64,000 nt of DNA from Haliotis cracherodii (taxonomy: Eukaryota). The notes beneath the pieces are model-generated. The model saw only the letters and a program-made list of their open reading frames with translations. It did no database searches and was not told where the DNA came from. Position numbers and translations under genes: made by a program. Below are positions 49,701 to 61,500 of the stretch, in pieces. Location: NCBI RefSeq assembly GCF_022045235.1, contig NW_027266266.1:20584001-20648000 (forward strand), in the 5' to 3' direction. Position 1 is the first letter of the stretch. Every line of letters begins with the position of its first letter.

Positions 49701-52474
49701 ACTATATCAATGTAGTTTTAGTGATAGCAGGCCCACTAAGATTTCTGCCGCTCTCTTAAATACTAATGGACAATACCGTCACCTAATTGTTAATTCAACC
49801 ATAATCGTCAAATGTCACGCCCAAAATCAAGGTACGATACAATCAGCATGCACATTGTGGAGTCTGTTCCCGATATGTTCGGCTAAGACATTACTGTTGT
49901 ACACTCGGACCCACTCGGCTTATTCTGTTGACTACCCAGTGCCTGTATTTGCGTAGTAATATGAACAAACTCACTCTAAACCGTGTCCCGCCGCAAATGG
50001 TTCGTTCGCATGACATTTTGTGACAATAGGTTATTCTGTGCTAATGAAAATTAGTCAAACACATTGATTTAAATATAGAATGAAGGTTATAAAAATTCAC
50101 GACTTCCATCAGCTGGTTATGTTGTTTCGCGTGATAGTCACGTGCACGAAACAAGATCCAATATGGCTTCTAGTCGGTGCTGGCGAAGGACGTATTGGAC
50201 TGGGTAGAGCCGAGGCGACATTACTGCTTGAAATGGGATTAAACCTCATTGACCCACCCATAGTAAGGAACAACGACGTATAGCTTGTGTGTACATGTCT
50301 GCTTCCAATTGGATACGCCTATAATCAAAATGTTAACAAATTGTTTCAACCTAATACACCTAGGATCTGGAGTGAAGACAAAAATGCCAGTCATCGCCAC
50401 AATTCGTGGATGCAAATGTGTTTGTTCCAGAAGCAAATGGTCGAATTAGCCTTCTTGACCCATTAGCAGTCTTGTTCCGGGTGGGCTTGAGTATCTCCTT
50501 TATCCGAACATTAACTTACAGACGCGGCTTCCTGGAGCTGCACGAGAGTGGGGGACTGTTCGCGGTCGGGGAACTCAAGTGGCAGCTCGTCCTGTGTCTC
50601 CTGGGAGTCTATGTTATCTGCTACTTCAGTTTGTGGAAGGGGATCCACACTTCAGGGAAGGTAACTCTGCTTTTACCTTCCTTAAGGGGATGCAACTCTT
50701 TCAAACCTAATCGAAGCCATACCAAATAAAAGTCTGGAAGTCACTGGCGAATCCAGAAGGCGGAGTGCAGGGGGTGCACATCCCATCTTTCTTCAAACAC
50801 CATATTTGTGAACTGTCTCTTCGACAAAGTTACTTTGTAACTTTGGTATTATGTGCATCCAACCTTTTTTCAGAATCCTAGAACCGGCTCTGAACGTATT
50901 AATAAACTGTTGCCGTCATGCATATCTCCGATGTAAATATATACGCTCATCGTGTGTAATATGTTAATGTTATATTGATAATCTTCAAAATATTAGTAAC
51001 ATCAGAGACCATAAAATCAAAATTGAAAGAAATATTTTATGTTCTCCGGTTATTGAAGCCATGTTACTCAATACTGGAAAAGGAGGTAACTCTAAATGTG
51101 TGTTCCAGGTGGTGTGGTTTACGGCTTTGTTCCCCTATGCCGTGCTCCTCATCCTGATGGGGAGGGGCGCGACGCTCCCGGGGGCTGCGGAGGGTATCAA
51201 GTATTACCTCAACCCCAACTTCACCAGACTCGCTTCGCCTGAGGTGAGTAGACGGTGGGGGTTTGGAGACACCAGTCTGTCTGTCTGTCTAGATTGATAT
51301 TCAGAATTGCCTATTTCTTTTGGAACTGTACTGAAAATACACTTACATATAGATAATACTACAATATGTTCTCCATTTTATTTTTCCAATTTCAACTAAA
51401 TATGGGAGGAACACATGCTTGCAACAGATTTTCTAACTCTAACGATACGATGATCATTATTTTTGTTTCCTAAGGTCCATCTTCCCGAGGCAAGGTAGTT
51501 AACTGCCTATAAAAGTCCAGATTCCTCTCTTGCCGAACTAGGCTGAAATGTAAGGTGTTATATTTTGGCTGGACTAACGAGTCCCTGCATAGTCCAATCA
51601 AAATCGCGAAACGAAATCGCCACCCGGTTCGTAAAGTACCGTGCAGATTTCGGTGGATTGCAGGATTTGCAAAGTATGTGTCCCGTCAACCTAGCGTCAA
51701 CAGATATTTTCCAAATCTTTTCATAGATTTAATCAAGGTGTTCACGTGATTTGATCTTGATTATCGATCAGATCGTCTCGACTGAGAGCCGCCATTTTGT
51801 TCGAAGCCAATGCAAGTGATATGAGAAGTGGAATCTGATTGGTCATTAGGTGGCGCTACGACCGAGCTTAGAAATTCCAGCCTAGTTCGGCAAGGGTGGA
51901 AACATGACATTCACAGTCATGTCTCAGGAAGATGCTTTAGTTGATGGTGATACAGTGTATAGAACATTTAACACATACAAAACAATTGAGATTTAATCTA
52001 ATCTTCTACACCTAATTAAACTCCATATTGATAATGATACTCCAAAGCGTGTCATTTAAGCACTTGACATTAGAGGCGGTCCATTTGAAATCCGGGGGAG
52101 GAGAGGGGCTGGGATTTTGAATCGCGATTAAAAAAAAGTAAAACACCCTTCCCGAATATCAAATGGTCAGTCCCTAACTCTCTTCCTCTGTACCAGGTGT
52201 GGGTTGACGCCGCTACACAGGTCTTCTTCTCCCTGGGGCCAGGGTTCGGCGTGCTGTTGGCCTTCGCCAGTTATAATCCCATCACCAACAACGTGTACAG
52301 GTGAGAACAGGACCATGGGTGGTGCATGGGTTACCAAAACCATGTTACATGTCTCTCTCTCTCTCTCTCTCTCTCTGCTAATCTCCAGGTGTATTTGTCT
52401 GACTGTTAATCACAATATGTCTGTTCATCTGCAAGTGTGTGTATCAATCCTCCCCCCCTCTCTCTCTCTCCCTC

Positions 52475-52511
<37 letters not shown>

Positions 52512-55500
52512 ACCCGTCCGTCCGTTTCTTTCTATCTCTTTCCATCTTTCAGTCGTGTTGAGAAAGGTAAATATGTCTTTGTCTATCCATTAAATTCATA
52601 AAGACTTTCATTAAAATACTGTTTTACCATACTCAATCCATTAATCGTACAGTAACGGTTTTATTACCAGGCCTGAGTCATGGAGCTTGCAAACAAGGGC
52701 AGGAGGACATTTAATTTTAGAATGTACTTTTGCCCATGTATCCACGGAGTACATGCGTGCTTCATCTGGCCATGACATACACGATCGACCGACTGCATTC
52801 AGTTCAGATCGCGTTCTTCATGACCCGTCAAATGTTTCAACTACAAATGGCGAAATCTTGTCTTGTGGGTTCATTACACAAGCCGGCCTTTGGAAAGCGG
52901 GAATTATTGGCGCAAATTCGTCCTTCAAGAAGCGGACGACAAAAGGACAATGCAGCCATATTGGACGACGAGATGTCATCGATTATGCCAATATGGCTCT
53001 CATGCCTGAGTTTCTGGAAATGGAAGAGAGAAAAAATTTCCCGCCAAATTTCATTAACTTTTGACAGTAGGCAATGGGGCGGTTTCCTTGAGCACTTGAG
53101 AAAGGCTGGTTAGAGATTAGCGCTGCAGAGGTATGGCGGGAATTGATGTGGGGTCACGCGCTCATCTTTGGATACCCTCGAGCCAGAACATTATGCAGAG
53201 GGCAATATTTCTGAAGGGAACGGAAACCGCTTCCAGACTGTGATTGGCAATACTGTCAACTTAAGTTAAAATTACTCAAAGCCGCGAAGTCGTGGACCAG
53301 AGACGAGGCAATACAAACGTCATAATTGGCCATCACTCGTATAGTATGGTTAATTGCTACACCGGAAATCGCCTGCCCAGCAAAGGTCACTTCCACTTTG
53401 TCCTCCGTGAAAGGTGTAAAACTTGAAAGGATTGCGACTGTGATATTTTGCCAATAAATGGGCGATGATTGTCTCTTTAGATGGAGAAATGCCGTGGTCC
53501 GGGGGACGTCGTAACACCCAGTGTGCAGCAGCGTTGCAGCGTTAGATCATTCTCTTTGTGTAAATGATCGCGATATAACGTTGTTTATATGGTCAGATTT
53601 AAGTTATGTCATTGCTGCACCCGTCTGTATTTTTCAAACCCCAATATGTTTTATTCTTTCTAAATGTATAAAAAATGCATGGTCGTGCACAGACTATGCT
53701 GATGTAGCTGCGCTGTTGTTTATATTTTCTATTATCTTCATTTTTGTATGTTTTACTTTCACGTTAAATGATTGTTTCACTTAATGCATATTTAAACATT
53801 TGGTTATCCGTATAATCAATAATTTAATTCCATTTCTCTCATGGCGTTGGGGTAGACTAATGGTTAAAGCTTTCGCTCGTGACTCCAGTGTCCCGGGTTC
53901 GATTTCCCATATTCAGTGCATGAAGCTCATTTTAGGTGCCGCCGCTGTGATATTGCTGGAGCATTTCTAATTGCGTCGTAAAGTAAAACCAGACTCCCTC
54001 ACTCATTCATTCATCCATCAAATTATTCCTTTAACGACAAACAAACTGTACTACGTTTATGTTTACTGGTGATTTGTATGCAATGCTATACGACAGAAAC
54101 CTATACGTTCTCCTCGTTGAAATCAGATTACCTTCCTTAAACGTGCCAGGATCCGAAGATTCGCCCCCGATTATTATCCTTCAACTGTCAGCATCATATA
54201 TATTTTATTTCACCAAAGCGGCAAAGGCAAACAATTGACTTGCCTCTGCATGTGTTTGTGACAGGTGCCACCGGTGGGGCAGGGTACGTTAAGCTTTTCG
54301 CGAACACCTGGCATCATCGCTATTCGATAGTGATTCATAAACAAATGCTCATGATTCACTCGGAATTCACTTTCAGCAGAGATTTCTTATGAATATGGAA
54401 TGTGCCTGTCGCTTTTATCTACACAGTAAGCTTGAAAAATTAAATTACTTTTTTCTCATGACCCCCATCCCCTCTTTTCAAGCGTTTTAAAAAATCATAT
54501 AAAGCAAGGATATTCTTTAACTGGCCTAAAGTTGACACGACATTATATAACTGAAGACCCGTGAAGTCAACCCAGGCTTGCCGTAAAAGGCGACTGTGCT
54601 TGTCGTAAGAGATGGGATCGGATGGTCAGGTTCGTTGACTTGGTTGATGCATGTATTGCAATTGGTTTCCCAATTGTGTAAATCGATGCTCATGATGTCA
54701 ATGACTGGAGTGTCCAGTCCAGACTCGATTATTTACAGACCGCCGTCATATAGCTGGGATATTGCGGGGTCAAACAAACAAACAAACAAATGATGAATTA
54801 AATCATGTTCAAAGCGATTTCCCGGCTAACCCTCTGAAGTAAAAACACCATCAGAAATCCAGGACAAAAGGTACTAAAGGAATATTTGCGTTTGGGTCTC
54901 TAGATGCTGTGACCATAAATCGTCTCAGCCAGCGAATGCGTCGTCTTCTTTGTTCGTGTCCAAGCGGTAAACGTTAGACGCGTGTCAGTTTACATGCTGA
55001 TGGATTCGTTAAGAGGGTCATGTTTTGATAGACAATACCCGGGAACAACAAGCTATCGAACCTATGCACAGCAAGGAGGTTTTGAAAAGCAGTTTGGGCC
55101 TGTTCGTTGAAGCTTATCTCCCTTGCAGTGCATGTACACAGATTTGCTCTTCACTCAAAGACCCGGTTTGGAATCTCCACGTGGGTGTAATGTGCACCCC
55201 TCAGTGTGTGAGTGCTGGGATATTTCGTTGCCATTATCGTCCTCATCACTCACAGAAGTGCAGAGTATATAAACAGCGGTGTAATTTTTTTCGTGGCTTT
55301 CTTTTGATTTGGCTGGCTTCAGATCCAAAACAAGCCGTGTCCACAAACTAAAGGGTAGCCTAGTGGTTAAAGCGTTCGCTCCTCATGCTGAAGGTCCGGG
55401 TTCGATTCCTAACATGGGTACAATTTGTGAATGTGTGTCCCCGCCCTGATATGGTAAAAAGCGGCGTAAAATCCCACTTACTCATTTACAGTGGGAGTGA

Positions 55501-58500
55501 GTGAATATGGTTTTACGCCGCCTTTAGCAATATTCCAGCAATATCACGGCGGGGAACACCAGAAATGGGCTTCACACATTGTACCCATGTGGGGAATCGA
55601 ACCCGGGTCTTTGGCGTGACGAGCGAACGCTTTAACCACTTGGCTACCCGACCGCCCTACTCATTCATATGTAATACATAAGAATATCAAGGGCGTGTTT
55701 CGTGTTAAGTTTTGATAATACTAAAATGATGATATATTAATGTAATGATATACGTCAGGCTTGTGCCAGAAATCTATGTGCGTGGGTTCGAATCCCATAT
55801 TCTTCCAGATTATGTTTGTCAGCGGTATACCGGTGCTCGTGGATTTCACCAAAGTATTACAAAACTACTTTCTATGTTATTCCTCCCACATCCAGCCCAT
55901 ACGCCGTGATGTTAAAAGAGAAGTTAAACCAAATTAATAAATGTGTTACCAAAGAAAACGTTATTCAAGGGCACCGTGGGGATTCCGAGTTATAATTGAT
56001 CCCCACTTACATGTGATTGTTATAAGAGGCCGCGAAATCTAGGGATGGTCAGGATCGGTGACTTGATTAATTGCGCGTCATCGTACGCTGACAATGTTTG
56101 ACATTGTTCATAACATCAACCACCAGTTTCAAGTATTATTTACAGGCCGGCATCGTATAGCAGGAAGAGTGCGGCGCAATCTCATTGAAATCCGATCATT
56201 AACACCGATACGATGCCTCTCTGAGTGAAGATCTGGGGACACCTTCACAGGAGGTCGCGTCGGGTGAACCCTGAGCGAACTATGACCGACCAATCTAAAT
56301 AAAGGATGCGTGTGCTCTTTAGCCATTCAGATGCCCGCTTTCTGAATAATTCGGTTCATTTCTTTACCACCTCTATTCGAAAATTTCAATCTTAGCATAA
56401 TGAAAATATAACTCAAACAAAACACAAATATAGTCTTGATAGGATAGTTCACCAAATGAACTGGAATACTATGGCGCTCAGAAACGACTGGAATGATAAA
56501 ATATCCACACCAAGATATTAGCGCGGCTGTATTATTTTCCGTTCGGAACTCTCCGATTATATTCGCTTTCGAATAAACATAGAACCAAATCCCTGAGATG
56601 TATTTATTATCCCGGTTTCGTCTTTTACAGGGACGCTCTAATCACCAGCACCATCAACTGCCTGACCAGCTTCTTTTCCGGCTTTGTCATCTTCATGATC
56701 CTTGGCTACATGTCCGTCAGGTCTAACCAGCCTATCGATAAGGTGGCCACCGACGGTAAGATCGCGCACATCGGACGTTATGTACAAGTATATAGTCATA
56801 ATCGTACCTTTCGCAAGCAGATATACACCAGCAAGACCTATGGGAATTCGACACATCCAAGTTCGACACAGAGAGGTTTGCCTGTGTGTGCTTTGGCTGC
56901 TACCCGCAAAGATCCGGGTTAGAATTGTCCGTGTCAACTTACACTGATCCAAACAGGTGTCCAAACAGGTGTCCAAACAGGTGTCTTTATGGATTGGCGG
57001 GATCGGGTGGTCAGGCTCGCTGACTTGGTTGATGTATGTCATCGATCCCAATTGCGTGGATCGATGCTCATGATATAAATCACTGGATTGTCTTGTCCAG
57101 ACTCGATTATTTGCAGACCGCCGTCATTTTGCTGGAATATTGCTGAGGGTGGCGTTAAACAACAAACAAACAAACCAAATTTATGGTCTGGGTGGTCAGG
57201 TCACAGCCAATTCTCGATATATCGTACTTTGTTCTTCAGAACTCCAAGTTTCCCATTTGCTTCGAAGCAGTTACATATTCTGTAATGGTAACACAAATGA
57301 AACTGTGTCACTTTTTTGGTGCAATGCAGTCTCGACTAATTCAACCACTGTTCTTTATGTTCTTTAAGTGGCCATGTTTCTTTCAGGGCCTGGCCTCGTT
57401 TTCATCGTATACCCGGAAGCTATAGCCACGCTCCCGTGGTCATCGTTTTGGGCCGTCATATTTTTCCTCATGTTGCTAACCCTGGGTCTTGACAGTTCGG
57501 TGAGTAGCAACCGTTTGTCAACAATAAAAACATCACCAGTTTTCTCTGAAAGGGGGAGACCCAGACATTCATTACCTTCAACACCTTCAGTGCGACGCTG
57601 AGCACAGATTTCTTACCCTTGCTTTCACCAACTTCACAGGGCCCGTGAAGATCCGGGGTAGAATAGGTCTTCAGCAACCCATGCTTGCCGTAAAAGGCGA
57701 CTGTGATTGTCGTAAAAGGCGACTAACGGGATCTGGTGGTCAGGTTCGCTGACTTGGTTAAAGCTTGTCATCTATACCAATTGCGTGGATCGATGCTCAC
57801 GATATCAATCACTGGATTGTCTGGTCCAGACTCGATTATTGACAGACCGCCGTCATATAGCTGGAATATTGCTGAGTGCGGCGTTAAACAACAAACGAAC
57901 CAACCAACCAACTCCACAGCCTAATGAATAAGGAGAACTCAGTACGTTGCTTCATCAGGCCTCTGTTGTAAACTGCCGGGCAAAAGAAAGTATACACCCA
58001 TGTTTGATGATGGCTCGAAATGAAACAGATAAGAACTGGTTATTCGATGGTGATGTATTTGGTACGGGTATCATAGTTGTGTTTTGGACCTTAAGCTTGC
58101 AATGTTTCTGCGACTGTTTTTAGCCTAGTAACGTTTTGATCAAATTCAATTTTGAAATGTATACTTTGTTTTGCCCAGCGGTTTAATCGGCATTGGTCCG
58201 ACATCTCTTAACGTTAGTTTAAATAAATATCCGAACATTTTGTCATTTAATAACGTCAAAAACCAGTGTGTCTTCTGAAAATATTGATGCATTCAAAATC
58301 AAAACGCCACACGTTTACATGTCAATCCTAGAGATATGTACAAAATCGAATTTCTGCCATATGCTACATGTACGTGTCAAACAAATATTTAGGCATCAAC
58401 AACGATCACAAACTAAGCAATTAAACGACGATTCCCTAGTAAAATTGTAAGTATCAGTGTGTGTCGCTAATTGACCAGACAATATTGAATTGATTTGTCA

Positions 58501-61500
58501 AGAATCTGGTACAACTGCATCCTTTCAGTATTCATCAGAGAGGTTAAGAGTGCGCGATTGATCGTTGACGGGACGGTAAATAACTTCATGACTATTACAA
58601 AACAAGCAATAGATCATCCGAAGCACACTCACTGATGCAGATATTTCCAATATTTGTTCAGAACCAAGTATCTTATCATTACCAGCAATATGCATAAGTG
58701 ACACACGTGTTGATACAACACTGTCACGCCACCTAGCGGAGAGTCCGAACAGCCGGAAGTCCAAACCTTCTTGAAGATGGCCGACTTTGAGGCAAGAGGT
58801 TCTTGGTCGATTTTATCGCTATATTCTGCTCCAAAACCTGATTGTCCGTTTACTTCATTGGAGGCAGGCATTTTCCCATTCATTTGCTATTAACGCCGGT
58901 CGATGGCGCCACTACTTAACTTCCGGTATGGCATGGACAAAGAGAAGGGTCTTTCAGAAGGCAAACATGACGCAGTTGACACGGACAATTAAGAGGTACC
59001 CGGGGCTTGTATATGTGATCAATACGCGATTCACAACGAAAAACGGGCGTTATAGTATGGTCCTTGGCCATAAACATTGAACGGGGTTGATGTTAAGGAT
59101 TAAAGAAGTCATGGATACTACTGCCCTGTTGACGAAAATAGCCGCACCCACAAACGTTACTTTGTTAGACAAGTAAAAACGATAAATGTCCTAGTATGAT
59201 TAGGACTGGCCATATTCTTACTGCAGGCGTAAAGTGTTAGTGTGTTTTCTAGGGGCGGGTTCTGAAGTAGATTTAATTGATGGAACGTAATCAATAGAGG
59301 ACATGAAATGAACTAGGCAATAACTAGGGTGTGCATTTCAATGTTTTCCATGTCAGCACAAAATATATCGTATTGTCAGGTTGTACTGATGGGTACATTT
59401 TATATCGACAAATAAGAGTTATAGTGTGAGATAGTAAAATATATTGTATTGTATTGTATTGTATTGTATTGTATTGTTAATCAGGGACAAACTGGTCGCG
59501 AAATCCTACATACTGCACGCAAGTAAATTGAAAAAGGACTCTATCTAATTCACACACATACAAACAGGCGCACGCACGAACGCACGCACACACACACACA
59601 CCACTTAAAATTAAGTTTAAAATACAATACACAGTCGAATGCTTCATACACTGTCTGCAGCGCTAGCATTTGTAGACTTGTTTCAGTTGGGGAAGTGACT
59701 TCCTCTGAGAATGCAGAATCCTAGGTCACTTGTAGAGTTCTGTATTCTCTGAAACCCCTATTTTGTAACCTGGGATACCTACAATTAAGGGTTTGAGTCC
59801 ACTGGACCCCCCAAATAAACATCCCAGGTAAATACCTGAATTATTACAGTACATTACGTAAAAGGCGACCATGCTTGTCTTAAGAGGCGACTCACGGGAT
59901 CGGGCGTTCAGGCTCGCTGATGCATGTCATCGTATTCCAATTGCGTGGATCGAAGCTCATAATGTCAATCGCTGGACTGGCTGGTCCTAGCTTGATTATT
60001 TACAGACCGCAGACACTACACTACCCNNNNNNNNNNNNNNNNNNNNNNNNNNNNNNNNNNNNNNNNNNNNNNNNNNNNNNNNNNNNNNNNNNNNNNNNNN
60101 NNNNNNNNNNNNNNNNNNNNNNNNNNNNNNNNNNNNNNNNNNNNNNNNNNNNNNNNNNNNNNNNNNNNNNNNNNNNNNNNNNNNNNNNNNNNNNNNNTAC
60201 TCAAACACCCCAAACTATATATTTACATATGAAATAGATTTTTTTTAAATCGTATGCTGTATTAACTTTCTGACAAAACAATGTTGTTGTTTACAAAGTG
60301 ACATACTCCTGTTGAAATACAGGGACCGAAATTGATCATGTGATGACGTGTTTTGTATTTATTCCATAACAATAATTATATAAAACAATTATAATCTATC
60401 TTTTTAACTTTACTAATAATTGCAACAATATTTTAAAAGCTGTTTCAATTATGAATGTGTTCGCTAGTACATCTCTTCTGCAGTTTGGAGGATCAGAGGC
60501 TATACTGACGGCTGTTGGTGATGAGTTCCCGATCCTCAAAAGACACCGTGAACTGTTTGTGGGAGGGCTGTTCACGCTATACTTCTTCGTGGGACTTGCC
60601 AGCTGTGCTAAGGTGACCTAAGTAATAGTCAACAACTTGTTGAATAATGGCTGGATGTTCACGACGGTCTATGTATAAACTAGTCCGGGCCAGGTGCATA
60701 ACGTGTTTGTGGAATTAAAATGGTTCCATTCTTGGTTTGCGCAGCAAAATTAGCGCTTTTTGCCAAAATTATAGTACCATAGTGCACACGCAAGTGCGCA
60801 TGCGTGGCCTCTAATTTTGACGCCGTGAGATTTCCGGGCTTAGAATATGTCTTTACAAAATCTGTTTGTAGAAAGGGGCGGCTGAATGGATCTGGTGGTC
60901 ACGCTTAGTAACGTGGTTGGTGGCGTGTCAGCATACCCCAAAAGAGGTGGATCGATGCTCATTATATCAATCACTGACTTGATTATTTACGGAACGCCGT
61001 CATATAGTTGGGATATCGTTGGTTGCAGCGTTAAGCAACAAACAAATCTAATTCGACATGGTGTGATTTAAATATTGTTTTAGGCAGAAGTCGGCACGAT
61101 CTCATTACAATCAGATCTTAGTCCTCGCTTCCGCTGAACAATGATTTGATGACATCTCATTAAATGTCGCGTCACAAAGACCTTTCGGGAACTTGGACAG
61201 ACCAATGAAATGACTAAGAAAAAGTCGACATTATCCAATCAGGAAGCAGCTTTCTAGAGCTTTACGGCACAAACTTGCGACTACGCTTTGAAAAATGTTT
61301 TGAGGCTCTCGACTCACAATTTGAAGACCATGGAAGCGTATAAGTGCCACGGTATTATCTATGTTGATGATAAATATATTTTTTACACTTTGGCACCAAT
61401 ACACTTCCATAGAAGACTGAAGAAAAGACATTTCTGGAATGTCTAATATATAAGCGAGGTTGTATGGCAGTACTTCCTACGGGTTATGGAAAGTGACCCC

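Noticed and set aside
52687-53113. 125-127 aa ORFs, with LWKAGIIG faintly resembling a Crypton/DUF3504 motif
   Set aside because: Only a few residues match, and there are no recombinase catalytic motifs or termini
56948-56985. ccaaacaggtgt x3 (E-box triplet)
   Set aside because: Short slippage repeat inside a family-2 retroposon; no evidence of function
42181-60237. ORFs containing X runs
   Set aside because: Artefacts of translating across N gaps
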